From Chiloscyllium plagiosum (lineage: Eukaryota): a DNA stretch of 64,000 bases. Within the stretch, counting starts at the first letter, position 1. Every line of letters begins with the position of its first letter. The position numbers and the translations under genes are program-made. The stretch is from the NCBI RefSeq assembly GCF_004010195.1, contig NC_057719.1, positions 56,997,137 to 57,061,136 on the forward strand, written 5' to 3'. This document shows positions 27,101-39,654 of the stretch, piece by piece. Under the pieces are notes generated by a model, which had not been told where the DNA came from, ran no database searches, and saw nothing but the letters and a program-made list of their open reading frames with translations.

Positions 27101-27731
27101 TCTGATGAAGGGCTTTTGCCCGAAACGTCGATTTCGCTGCGCCTTGGATGCTGCCTGAATTGCTGTGCTCTTCCAGCACCACTAATCCAGAATCTGGTTT
27201 CCAGCATCTGCAGCCATTGTTTTTACCTCGTTGATTTTAACCCTACTGCGAATCCTCTTGCAAAGATGCCTACCTTGAAGAAGTTTTCCTCCTCTCTCTA
27301 CAAGAATCTCAGAGAGTCCCTCTCCCACTGCAACTCCCAGGTCATTTCCTCTGCCCTGAAGCTCTTCAACCATGTCGTGAAACAAACTCGCTACCACAGC
27401 CACATTTGCTTCCTCAGTGCCTGCCTCTGTAACCAACTCATCCCACACGGACTCCGGACCACCTTTAAACCAGCAGAGTTCGGACCCGAACAGGACAAAC
27501 AGTACAGACTCCAGACTACAGATTCAAAAACACCAGCAACAGTTCTCCTTCAAGATCCTCCGCTCCACGCTTGCAGCAATGCGCCGGCACCTAACAGCTT
27601 TATTCCTGATGAAGGGCTTTTGCCCGAAACGTCGATTTCGCTGCTCCTTGGATGCTGCCTGAACTGCTGTGCTCTTCCAGCACCATTAACCCAGAATCTG
27701 GTTTCCAGCATCTGCAATCATTGTTTTTACT
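27101..27731 (+). mobile_element. Penelope-like element: two direct pLTRs flanking the ORF 5' end
   Basis: Direct repeats 27102-27227 and 27606-27731; MPTLKK...RYHSHICFLSACLCNQLIPHGL typical of PLE N-terminus; 17-bp TSD with 2 mismatches (27084-27100, 27732-27748). Confidence 0.85.
27602..27637 (+). ncRNA. Minimal hammerhead ribozyme motif (family B; identical core at 27102-27129)
   Basis: CTGATGA-A-GGGC TTTT GCCC-GAAAC-GTC; stem I weak. Confidence 0.7.
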
Positions 27732-29969
27732 CCATAACCTCTCTTGTTTTATATAAAAGATCTGGATTTGGTTGCTGGTGACAAAACTTGGTAAAATGGT
27801 AAATTGTGAGCAGGATAGGCACAGGATGTAAACAGTTGGATTGAATAGTGTAAGAAATATGTATTTTTATTTTTGTACTTTGTAAAATTTTGTACTAAGA
27901 AAAGAAAGAATTGTTTTCAAAAACAGTGCTTTGAATGGTGGTTGCATATTTTGAAAAGCAAATAACCCAACACCCATGTCTAACATCAAACCAATTGAAG
28001 TGGTTGTATACGACAGGAGCCGAGGAGTTGTGTACATACTCAGCTGGGTGGCAACTGAAATTGATTGATCTATTGACTCGTAATGAGAAGTCTACTGCCT
28101 CCCAGTAGCAGCAAGATTGCTTGTCAGGTAACTGAATAGCTTGGAACTAGGAAGAAGTAACAGAGATGGGATTTGATCCTCACTAGTTCAGAAGCTGTCT
28201 CTGTTCTCTGCAGTCAAAACTCACTTCAAACCTGAAGAAAACCAGTTCATCTTTCTTTCTACAGTTACTGTAAGCTGTGACTTTTAATTAATATCTGTGC
28301 CTCTTGCAAACCAGTAGAAGCATTCAGAAAAAGAGAATGCTAGAAAGAAATGTCCAGATAAGCAAGTACCAGCTCAACAAAATGCTGTACAAAGAGGTCT
28401 CCAGTTCTTTCCTCTGTCTATCTGTAAGGAAGAGTTCAGGGAGCAGTTTTAATTTATAGTGTTATTCGCTGATGATTTATCTGTAGTTTTAGTCAAATTA
28501 CTTGTAATAAATACTAATTCTTGCTAAATACAGAGACCTTGTTCAAAAATTGGGAAATATTGAAGATTTTAAAATAAGTATACAATGTTTGAGACAACTC
28601 CAGGGAATAGTGGCCCCAATGAATTAAGACAATAGGCAGACATAATTTATTGCAGAAATTTGTGATGTGCCACACTTTGGAAGAAACAACATAAACTGAC
28701 AAGATAATCTAAAAAGTATTGTGTTGTTGAGGGACTGGAAAGCCCATGGAAATAAATATTCACAAATCCATGAAAGCTTGAAATCTACATGTGCAGAACA
28801 AATTGACAACGCGGTTAAAGCATATAGGAAAAATGGCTTTATAAATAGGGGCATTAAATTAGTTAGGTACCACACATTAGGAAAGCTGTGGAAAGGGTTT
28901 GTCAGTATGACCAATCATGGTTACATGAACAGAAAAGTTGGGATTGTTCTGCTTGGAGCAGAGAAGGTCAAGGAAGACTGAGGACGTATTCAAAATGTGG
29001 AAGGGTTTTAGTGGAGATAATAGGAAAAATTACTTTATTTGCCAAATTCAATTGAGAAGTTACAGTTTTAAAATTGACAAAAGAAAAGAGAAGTGAGGGA
29101 AAAAAATACTTCACACATGCTGTTAAAATTTGGAATAAACCACCTAAAGGATGGTGGACTCAGGTTCCCTAAACAATAGCTATTTCAGAGAGCTAACACA
29201 ATAGGCTGAAATGTTCTTTTTTGTGCTGCAAGATTCTATTTACTGAACTGCAATTTTGTCACAATGACATTTTCACTGAAATTAAAATTAAGCTTTCTAT
29301 TGAAATCCTCAAAATATAATGAATATTGTCAATAGCAATGAAGAAAAATAACTTGCATTAATATAGCATCTCTCACAGCCTACGGATCTCCCACTAATGA
29401 AGTATGTTTGAAACAATGAATATTGTTACATAGTAAGTACAGTGGTTTTGCACAGATTCACATAAAATGATAAGTGATCCATCTTACTGGATCTAGCCAA
29501 AGGATAGACATACAAGGGAGTTTTCCCTTGTGATTCTTTGAAACAATGTCTTGGGATCTTTTATATCCACTTTAAAAGATAGATAGGACTTGATTTTAAT
29601 ATCTTCTCCAAACAACTGAACCACAGCTGGTGTAGCACACCCTTAACACTAGACAGACTAATTCAACCTGAAACCACAACTGCCTTACTTGAAGATGAAC
29701 ATGAGCCAAGGCTGCTATATTTTGCTTTGTAAGTGGCAATCTATTCCAAAGGTTTTAATGAAAATAACTGTCACAGCTCCTACATTCAATTACGTAATGA
29801 ATATAATTTGGTTTTCGCAACCAGTTCTGCCGAAGAGTCACAGAAAAATGGACTCAAAATATTAACTCAGCTTTCTTTCCACAGATACTTCCAGACCTGC
29901 TGAGCTTCTCCAGCAATTTGTTTTTGTTTCAGATCTTCAACATTCATAGCTGTTTTATTTTAGATTTTT

Positions 29970-30440
29970 ACGAAAGATTTACAAGGATGTTGCCAAGACT
30001 TGAAGGTCTGAGTTATAAGGAGGGAATGAAGAGACTGGGGCTTTTTCCATGGAATGTTGGAGGTTGAAGGGTAACCTTATAGAGGTTTATAAAATCATGA
30101 CCGGCTTCGATAAAATGAATATCCAAGATCTTTTTCCTAAAGTAGAGAAGTCCAAAACTAGACAGCATAGGTTTAAGGCGAGTGGCATGGAGAGAATTAA
30201 AAGGGATTTCAGAGGCAACTTTTTCACAGAGGGTGGTGCATATATGGAACCAGTTGCCAGAGGAAGTGGGAGAGGTGGGTACAATTATAACAGTTAAAAG
30301 ACATTTGGACTGGTACATGAATAGGAAAGGTTGAGAGGATATGGGCCAAACACAGGCAAATGGGACTAGTTTAGATTAGGAAATCTGGTCAGCATTGATG
30401 AGTTGAGCCAAAGGGTCTGTTTTCATGCTGTATGACTCTA
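29970..30440 (+). mobile_element. CR1 3' end
   Basis: RLKGNLIEVYKIM; CR1 tail. Confidence 0.85.
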
Positions 30441-31444
30441 GCTGTAGTTCCAGTCCTCCAGTACTTGATGTACATTGCCCAGATGGAAGTTTAATATCTA
30501 TGTTTAAGAGAAAACACTGGGCTGGAATTAAAATTCTCAAGTGTTTGAAAGTTCATCAAAACCTCTAACCCTATTTTGCTAGTATCTGGTCAGGTCCTGA
30601 TTTGAATTTATATCTTACTTTTAATGTTGTCATGGACTCTGATGATAATATTGGACACATCAGATCCCAGTAAGAAACATACCTTGATAAATCAAGTTTT
30701 ATTTTTGCAAAATTAGTTACCAATGTGACTAGTCATCAAATGTAGTCATAAAGAGTTCACATGTATTTCACAAAAGAACACAAATTGATGACTGAAATCA
30801 ACTGTATGTAATGACAATTTTTGCAAAACTTAACAGAGAGCAAAAAGATTTAACCTGTTCCTTCTTCACAGACACTTGATCCGTGAAGTATCGCTCCTAT
30901 CTGCAGTCTTCAATTTCTTTTTACTTAACTGTCTCTTTGCAGCCCTTCTCCTTTGACTGCTGTGAAACAGCTTAAGCCTTCTTTCCAATCTGATGGCTTG
31001 GAGATTTCTAACTCTCTAGAACCGAGAGACCTCTACAAAACTAAAACTACCCTTCCCTGGTATAAATTAACCCCATCTCAACTCAAAATGTTCCTATCAT
31101 CTGTTTCTGCAGTCATAAAATTCAACTTAATAAACATTCAGCATGTAATTCCCCAGGTGTTACCCTGAGTCATTGGGCTTAAGTCACACGCCTCCTGGAA
31201 AAGGCTGTTTTGACAGCATTGTTGTTAAAAATTACCTTCAGATCTATTTACAGGCATAAACTAAAAACCCACTTTCCAATTCAATTTCCCAAAATATGTT
31301 ATAAACCTTTACAACATCATGAGAAAACAATATAGCATTGCTAATGCACCTCAACTTAAATACATTTCAGCACAAGGCTGAACAGAATTTAAAAGTATGG
31401 TCTGTAAGTTTAAAAAAAAGCTTGAAAGCACTAAACAGAAACAC

Positions 31445-32142
31445 AGGAGAGCACAGTGATCAGCACTGCTACCTCAGAGGGCCAGGGACCTGGGTTGATT
31501 CTAGCCTTGTGCGATTGGGGTGACCTTATAGAAGTTAATAAAATCATGGGCAGCATGGATTAGGGTGAGTAGTCAATGTCTTTTCCCCAGGATAGGGGAG
31601 TCCAAAACTAGAGAGCGTAGGTTTAAAATGAGAGGGAAATTATTTAAAAAGGGACCTATGGGCAACTTTTTCATGCAGAGGGTGGTCTGTGGATGGAATG
31701 AACTGCCAGAGGAAGTGATAGTAGCTGGTACAATTACAACATTTAAAAGGCATCGGAATGTGTCTTTGAATAGGAAGGGTTGAAGAGGGATAAAGGCCAA
31801 ACGCTAGCAAATGGGACTAAATTAATTTAGGATATCTGGTCAGCATGGATGAGTTGGTCTGAAGAGTGTTTCCATGCTGCACATCTTTATGACTACCTGT
31901 GTGGAGTTTGTTCTCCGTTTCTTTGTGGATTTCCACCAGGTGCATTGGTTTCCTCCCACAGTCCAAAGATGTGCAGGTTAAGTGGCTTGGCCATGCTAAA
32001 TTGCCCCGTAGTGTACAGGAATGTGCAAGCTAGATGAATGAGCCATGGTAGAGTGGGTGTTGGATGTGGGTGGGAAGCTCTTTGGAGGATAGATGCAGTG
32101 TCAGTGGGCTGAATGGCCTCTTTCTGCACTGTCGGGACTCTG
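31445..32142 (+). mobile_element. HE1-type SINE interrupted by a CR1 3' end (31514-31893)
   Basis: SINE head, CR1 tail, then SINE body resumes at ctgtgtggagtttg. Confidence 0.8.
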
Positions 32143-32864
32143 AACTAATCATGAGCATCCTGGTTCTTCATACCATGTATTTTCAGTTGCTCAATTGTAT
32201 AACAATTTAATATATTTAATCTATTTTGAAAGCAAAATACAATAGTTTAATAGAACATAAAATAAAAATAGTAAGCAATATTTAGAAATCTATGATGGGC
32301 TGGATTTCCGTTACATTTTCCTGGCTAAGCTTTTAACCTTGCATAAAGAAAACCACGCGAATCTTAGACAGCCTGATTGAAGATAGCACAAGCTCAATTG
32401 TTTCCTGTTTACGAGTTGATAATCCGTTTTGCGAACAACAATTCAATTTCAATAACGGTGCGGGGCGTGTTTATTTCCAGACGCCTATGAAATAGAATAG
32501 GATACTTACATGACTGTCATTACTGACTGGGGCACAATAACCGAAATCAAACTCTCCAATGATGAACACAATACCCTTCGGCACTCCGTCAAAGAAAGAA
32601 AAATCAAATTCTCTAACGGGAAGATTTAAAAATCCATGAATATCAAAAAGGAAGAAAACTTGCGATGTGTCTGCAACCCACGTAACCACACAGCAATTCA
32701 GACAATATTAACCATTTCAACTTAGAAACAGACTTAACAACAATCAGTAAACAAAAACTGGATTAATCCCTATATAAGTGTACCCTGCCAATACTTCGCC
32801 TGTGGATAGGGTGACTAGAAATTGTTTTTAGAGTTGCTGCAATGAGCATCAGCGCGATACTGAC

Positions 32865-32970
32865 CTATGACAACCCTCAGGTGCTTCAATCTGGTCAGAA
32901 CATCCTTCTTCGGATCCAGGACTTTCTGTGTGGATTTTCTTACATCTCCGTGAGGCTTTTTAGAGAACAT
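32865..32970 (-). CDS. RALGAPA1: RALGAPA1 coding exon 1 (106 nt)
   Basis: [35 protein letters not shown] matches the recalled RalGAP alpha-1 N-terminus; ATG at 32970, donor G|GTCAGT. Confidence 0.95.
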
Positions 32971-33743
32971 TCCGCTCCTTGGGTTAAGTACCAGACACCG
33001 CTCCCTCCCCACCTTCGCAACGCCTATTACTTTTTTTTAAATGGGTCGCGGCCTAATAACAACCAAACTTGCCCAAGATGCCGACCCCATGAACGCAGCA
33101 ACTGGGTGAACACAGCCCTGAGATCAACCGTCAGTCGCCAACATGGCGGCTCTCAGCAGGACAAACAATCGGCACGCTCAATCAAAACCAGAGCGCCTAC
33201 AACACACTCAAATGACAAACGCTTCACGTTAGCGCTCATGCAGCGGCCTTGCAATCGAAGTGCATTCCATGTCAAACCGCGACTGACAAAGCACGAACTA
33301 TTTGATCTGAAAACGTTCCGTCATCCGAACATTTGTCTCCTGACAGTTCGACGATGTTTAGTCACGTCTGTTTGCCCGCTGCTACGGCAGGAACAATGGC
33401 TGCCGGGAATGGTAGTTTTAGGTGTTGAATAGTGAGCGGCCAATCAGGAGTCCTTGCACTACAACTCCCAGGGATACACAGACATGTCCGACTGCCGGCA
33501 GGGATGGATTTGCGCGCTTCCATTCGCTCACCCTTCAGCCCCAGCCCTCTGCCTCGCTGATTGGCGCTACTGCTGGTTACGGCACAAAGCGTTCCTAGTC
33601 CGGGCTTGCGAATGGCCAATGAAGCTGTCAGTCAGCTCAGGCAACTGCTCGTCCCCTTCCCGTACTCCCTATCCAGGTTGAAATGTGATGTTGGGGTGAA
33701 GTAAACCGTTCAGTGCAATTCATGTAAAACCGGCGTTTGAGAT
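32971..33743. promoter_or_regulatory. CpG-rich bidirectional promoter and 5'UTRs of RALGAPA1/BRMS1L
   Basis: Local CpG enrichment; ZNF143/SBS-like ACTACAACTCCCAG (33458, +) and ACTACCATTCCCGG (33416, -); CCAAT at 33440, 33560(-), 33616; YY1-like CAACATGGCGGC 33139-33150. Confidence 0.85.
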
Positions 33744-34243
33744 NNNNNNNNNNNNNNNNNNNNNNNNNNNNNNNNNNNNNNNNNNNNNNNNNNNNNNNNN
33801 NNNNNNNNNNNNNNNNNNNNNNNNNNNNNNNNNNNNNNNNNNNNNNNNNNNNNNNNNNNNNNNNNNNNNNNNNNNNNNNNNNNNNNNNNNNNNNNNNNNN
33901 NNNNNNNNNNNNNNNNNNNNNNNNNNNNNNNNNNNNNNNNNNNNNNNNNNNNNNNNNNNNNNNNNNNNNNNNNNNNNNNNNNNNNNNNNNNNNNNNNNNN
34001 NNNNNNNNNNNNNNNNNNNNNNNNNNNNNNNNNNNNNNNNNNNNNNNNNNNNNNNNNNNNNNNNNNNNNNNNNNNNNNNNNNNNNNNNNNNNNNNNNNNN
34101 NNNNNNNNNNNNNNNNNNNNNNNNNNNNNNNNNNNNNNNNNNNNNNNNNNNNNNNNNNNNNNNNNNNNNNNNNNNNNNNNNNNNNNNNNNNNNNNNNNNN
34201 NNNNNNNNNNNNNNNNNNNNNNNNNNNNNNNNNNNNNNNNNNN
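33744..34243. other. Assembly gap (500 N), probably containing BRMS1L coding exon 1
   Basis: Run of N; BRMS1L N-terminus (MPVHSR...SEDGDSS) not found elsewhere. Confidence 0.85.
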
Positions 34244-35158
34244 AGCATAAGAGGTACAGTTAGTAAGTTTGCAGATGACACCAAAATTGGAGGTGTAGCG
34301 AAGAAGCTTACCTCAGGATCTTGACCAGATGGGCCAATGGCCTGAGAAGTGGCAGATGGAGTTTAATTCAGATAAATGTGAGGTGCTGCATTTTGGGAAA
34401 GCAAGTCTTAGCAGGACGTATGCACTTAATGGTAAGATCCTAGGGAGTGATGCTGAACAAAGAGACCTTGGAGTGGAGGTTCATAGCTCCTTGAAAGTGG
34501 AGTCACAGGTAGATAGGATAGTGAAGAAGGCGTTTGGTAAGCTTTCTTTTATCTGTCAGAGTATTGAGTACAGGAGTTGGGAGGTCATGTTGTGGCTATA
34601 TAGGACATTGGTTAGGCCACTGTTGGAATATTATGTACAATTCTGGTCTCCTTGTTATCGGAAAGATGTTGTGAAACTCGAAAGGTTTCAGAAAAGATTT
34701 ACAAGGATGTTGCCAGGGTTGGAGGATTTGAGCTGTAGGGAGAGGCTGAACAGGCTGGGGCTGTTTTTCCTGGAGCGTCGGAGGCTGAGGGGTGACCTTA
34801 TAGAGGTTTACAAAATCATGGGGGGCATGGATAGGATAAATAGGCAAAGTCTTTTCCCTGGGGTCGGGGAGTCCAGAACTAGAGGGCATAGGGTTTAGGG
34901 TGAGAGGGGAAAGATATAAAAGAGACCTAAGGGGCAACGTTTTCATGCAGAGGATGGTACGTGTATGGAATGAGTTGCCAGAGGAAATGGTGGAGGCTGG
35001 TACAATTGCAACATTTAAGAGGGTTTTGGATGGAATAGAAAGGGTTTGGAGAGATAGGGACTGGATGCTGGCAGGTGGGGTAGATTGGGATATCTGGTCG
35101 GCATGGACAGGTTGGACTGAAGGGTCTGTTTCTATGCTGTATATCTCTATGAATCTAT
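34244..35158 (+). mobile_element. Young CR1 RT/3' end
   Basis: WQMEFNSDKCEVLHFG...RLRGDLIEVYKIM. Confidence 0.93.
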
Positions 35159-35383
35159 AACTCCCATCTCTCCCCGCTCCCCTGGCCCTGACAACACTCC
35201 TCTCTCCCCACTCTACCCACCACACCCTTCCCCCCCCCCAGACAACTCGCCTCTCTCCCCACATCCCGAGAGCATAAATTAATTTGATTCTTGGTACAAG
35301 AAACCAAAAGTTAATAGTTAACCTGTTGACTAGCCAATCTTCCTCTTGTCTGTTACTGAGAAAATCATAATGATGTCTTGCAG

Positions 35384-35474
35384 AAATGGATGATGAAGAC
35401 TGTGAAAGGAGGAGAACAGAGTGTTTAGATGAGATGTCCAATTTGGAGAAACAGTTTACAGATCTAAAAGAACA
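35384..35474 (+). CDS. BRMS1L: BRMS1L exon 2 (91 nt)
   Basis: (E)[29 protein letters not shown](Q); ttgcag acceptor, CA|GTAAGT donor (phase 2). Confidence 0.95.
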
Positions 35475-35616
35475 GTAAGTCTTAGTATAGTTTTCTATTT
35501 GGTGATACCTTATTTACAGCATTGCAAACTTCAGATCGATTTTGATTTTGTGCTAGACTGTTGGGCAACTCAAAGTTGTTTTGAACGTTTAGATTCTTTG
35601 GGTGTACTTTTGTAGC

Positions 35617-36065
35617 CATAGAGTTGTACAAAATGGAAACAAACCCTTCAGTCCAACTCGTCCATGCAGACCAAATATTCCAAACTGACATTGTCTCAGT
35701 TGGTAGCATTTGGCCCATATCCCTCTAAATTCTTTCATCATGTACCTATCCAGATGCCTTTTAAATGTTGTAATTGTACCAGCCTCCTCCACTCTTGTGG
35801 CAGCTCATTGCATACATGCACCATCCTCTGCATGAAAAATTTGTCCCTTTAATATCTTTCCACTTTCACCTTAAACCTATGCCCTCTAGTTTTGGACTCC
35901 CCTGTCCTGAGTAAAAGACCTTGGCTTTCATCCTATTCATGCCCCTCATGCCTTATAAATCTCTATAAGGTCACCTCTCAGCTTCTGACGTTCCTGGGAA
36001 AATAGCCCCAGCCTATTTAGCCTCACCCTGTAGATCAAACCCTCCGACCTCCTTGTAAATCTTTT
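35617..36065 (-). mobile_element. CR1 3' end
   Basis: AGTITTFKRHLDRYM; CR1 tail. Confidence 0.88.
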
Positions 36066-37079
36066 CAATCATATTCTTTTAAAGAAAGAAGCCATGAAAA
36101 TCACCCCTTTCTACTTGTTGTTTTACCATTAACTTGCATTCCAAAAAAAATCAATAAGAATAGTACCATGTTATAAAGGGTGCATATGTGAGCAAAATCT
36201 GTCCCCTCTGTGGGATATGATATGTATTCAAGTTGCTACTGAAGGGTGTGAAATCTCAACAATTAGAAACCCTGTGTCAGTGTCATATAAGGGTGAGTGT
36301 CAAAAGTAGGATACTGCATGTTCATGTTGGAAATCTGAAATAAAAACAGAAAATGCTGAAAATACATAACATGTTATAGGACCATCTTGGGAGATTGAGT
36401 TAATGCTTCAGGCCTTTCCAACTGAAGAACTTTAAAGAGATTGCACTTAACGTGTGTTGCTAGGTTAAATATTTTATGAATGTTTCATATCAAAATTTGA
36501 CAGGTAAATAAATAAGTTAGTAACTTGCCAACATGCTTAGTTGAAGTCTGCTTCATTGCCACAGTTGAAAGTCAGCTGTAATATTAAATTGCTGAAAATA
36601 AGTTTTGAACTATTGTAACATGGAAGTATCTAAATGCTCATCTGTTGCTATGTCTTGAACCTTTTTAACTGCTACGCAGATAAAATGACTATTACCAGAC
36701 TATGACATCCTACCACAATTTAACATACAGAAGTTATGATGGTGATGAGTTGTAGTAGTGGATATATTTAGTATATTCCACGATGCCAAGTTTGGGACTT
36801 TAGACCCCGTTTTAAGTTGCATCACTCAGTTTTATTTTGCTGTAAAGTTCTTGATGTAATGATGCCAGAATAATGCCGGTACTTCTGCTTTATGTCATTT
36901 GGTGCCCAGGCCTGTGTAGCATTGTGTGACTCAATTAGCTCCATTTGGTGCAAGGAGAGGCAACTCTTCCACAATCCAAGCAACAGCAATATTCTTAAAT
37001 TGAGCAGTTGTTTGTTTGCTGTTGTAAACAGTTTTCACACAGTATCCACTAGTGGACCTACATTTGTTTTTCATAGCAT

Positions 37080-37392
37080 CATAAAATCCCTACAGTGTGG
37101 AAGGTGACCGTTTGGTCCATCAAGTCTGCACCAACCCACTAAAGAGCGTCCCACTCACATTTACCCAATATTTACCATGGCTAAACCACTTAGTTTGCAT
37201 ATCCTTGAATGTTATGGGATAATTTAGCATGGCCAATCCACCTAACCTGCACATCTTTGGACTATGGGAGGAAACTTGAGCACCTGGCAGTAACCCACGC
37301 TGACATAGAGAGGATGTGCAAACTACATACAGTCACCCAAGACTGGAATCGAACCCGGGTCCCAGGCGCAGTGAAGCAGCCAAGTGCCGAGC
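37080..37392 (-). mobile_element. HE1-type SINE
   Basis: Same family, more diverged. Confidence 0.85.
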
Positions 37393-39019
37393 ATGAGGGA
37401 AGTAGAAAGAGTGAATACTTTTCTATGTTTTTAAGATTGCAACTTGGTATGTATGATATTTAAATTTACAGGGCATAATGTTTCCTTTCTGGGAAAGGCC
37501 CTGCGAAATCTTAGTATTACTGTTTCATTTTCTTGTCATGGGAAAATCTGATTATCTTTACATTGCATTTCTGAAAGTGCAATTTTACTTAAGGCTAAGT
37601 GTGGAATTATTGTACCTAACTGAACAAACAAAGGTCTATCCTGTGTAGTCCTCTATGGTGGATAACATGACCACATCTGCTCGAATTCTTTCTCTTGCTA
37701 TTGACTGCAGTCTTCTCTTTGCCAACTGTCTCAGACTAAACCTGATTTGTTTTCAATTTTGGTGCCTTATGTGATCTCGATTTGCACTTCATATCCATTG
37801 TATCACAGATTTTATAAAGCTGAGAGGAGTGTAGAAAGCAAAGTAAACATGAAGTTAAAAAAAGCAATTAGGTAAATGGAGGGTATGCAAAGAAACATTG
37901 GCTGAGGAAAATTCAGTAAAATCCTCTTTCTCTTATTGTACTGATAAAGGTAAAGGTTGGGTCTATTAGGTACATGCATGGTAATTCTTAAATGGGTGCA
38001 GAGAATGTGGGACAGGATTCTTAATTTTGATTCTGTCTTCACAGTGGAGAAGGATGATGTAGATATTTTAGTTGAAGAGAAGGAGTGTGAATGATTAGAT
38101 AAAATAAGCATATTTGAAACATGCAGACATGAGAAAAGATTGAATAGGCTAGCTATTTTTTCTTTAGAAGGAGGAGACTGAGGGGGTTGAATAGAGTGGA
38201 CAGTATTTAAAGTTGGTGCTTCTAGCAGAAAATAACTGCGAGGAGATACAGATTAAAGGTGATCGCTAGACACAAGGAAAATTTTTTTGTCCAGAGGGTG
38301 TGTGGAATTTGCTGTCCACTTTGGTGGTTGAGGCAGAAATCTCAACTTCGGAAAGATATATCTGGATCAGCATCCAAGATGTTGTAACCTGGAATGCTGC
38401 AGACCAAGTGCTGTATTAAAATGACCAACTAGTCTATTCAGCCAGCACAGACATGATGGGCTGAATGGTCTTTCACTGTGGTGTAACATTTCTTTCGTTA
38501 TCTTCTTACCTGCTTCTGGGATCCTCAATCATGCCTGTGTTTGTAGACATCCTTGTTCTGATTATATGACCTCTACAATCTACTGTGGGTAAGGATGTGG
38601 TTATTCAAAATCTTGTATTTGCATCAGATCCCATTCACTTATTGCCACTGTACTTGTTCAGCTATATTGGCTTCCAGTCAAACATTTTTGCATGAGAAAC
38701 TTTCTCTGGTTCTTGCAGGTTTTCTTTTAGTGCATGGCAAGTTCTTAATGCTTTCTCATATTTACATTCTGCCACTGTTACAGTTGCTTTTAAATCTCCC
38801 AATCCTCAAACATTAGAGAACCATCAGTTTGGGAATTTGGCAGTTACCCTTTGCTTCCAAAGTTCTCCTTGGCTTCCTCGCTTGCTTCACGTGTTTCTTA
38901 GCAGGTTGTGCGAAGGATTTCATGCTTTTTCAGGCTTCTGACATGAAATTCATGACAGATCCTTATTCCTATCTGGCCATCTCTATCTGAGTCTCTAGTC
39001 TTACTTTGAGTTCTTTTTA

Positions 39020-39354
39020 AGAATTAGAATTAGAATCCCTACAGTGTGGAAACAGGCCCTTCGGCCCAACAAGTTCAAACCGACCTCTGAAGAGTAACCC
39101 ACCCAGACCAATTCGCCCTGATTGATATACCTAACCTACAAATCCCTAAACACGATGGGCAGTTTAGCCTGTCCAATTCACCTGACCTGCACATCTTTGG
39201 ACTGTGGGAGGAAACCGGAGTACCAGGAGGAAACCCATGCAGACACTGGGAGAATGTGCAGACTCTACACAGACAATCAAACCCAGATCCCTGGTGCTGT
39301 GAGGCAGCAGTGCTAACCACTCAACCACCATGCCAACCACTGAGCCATCGTGCC
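39020..39354 (-). mobile_element. HE1-type SINE immediately upstream of the MHC fragment
   Basis: Same family; head partly duplicated. Confidence 0.9.
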
Positions 39355-39386
39355 TACATTCTTCCTACATTTTCAGATTGTCAAGT

Positions 39387-39654
39387 AAAGAACTGAGAGT
39401 GGTTGCCCCCATTGTGTTCTTTACCCGTCTGGGTGATTCCAACTGGCTGTCCTGTCTCGTCATTGGGTTTTACCCACAAGCCATCGAAGTGACTCTGCAG
39501 AGGGACAGAGTGTTGATTGATGAGACCTTGTCCACTTGGATCTTATCCAATCACAACGGGACCTACCAGATCTGGAAATGGGTACTGTTTGATCCGAAGG
39601 ATCAGGCCAAGTATTCCTGTCAGGTGGAGTACAGCGGGCTGGAAGTGATTTATG
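39387..39654 (+). pseudogene. Orphan MHC class I alpha3 (Ig C1-set) domain fragment; possible cassette exon 39377-39715
   Basis: KELRVVAPIVFFTRLGDSNWLSCLVIGFYPQAIEVTLQRD...LSNHNGTYQIWKW...KYSCQVEYSGL: C-x3-GFYP, N-x-[DN]-GTYQ and Y-x-C-x-V motifs; Cys pair 55 aa apart; no alpha1/alpha2/TM exons seen. Confidence 0.85.

Noticed and set aside
27026-27781. 251-aa host gene
   Set aside because: Made of PLE terminal repeats and frameshifted PLE ORF start
27850-28560. Possible solo LTR (also ~15225-16100, ~30560-31320)
   Set aside because: Only a compositional impression; no termini, TSD or second copy identified
32842-33432. 196-aa plus-strand ORF
   Set aside because: Antisense to RALGAPA1 exon 1 across the GC-rich promoter; no recognisable domain
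33637-34324. Long ORFs of 215 and 195 aa
   Set aside because: Artefacts of the N gap
34596-35441. 281-aa minus ORF
   Set aside because: Antisense reading of CR1, a C-rich tract and BRMS1L exon 2
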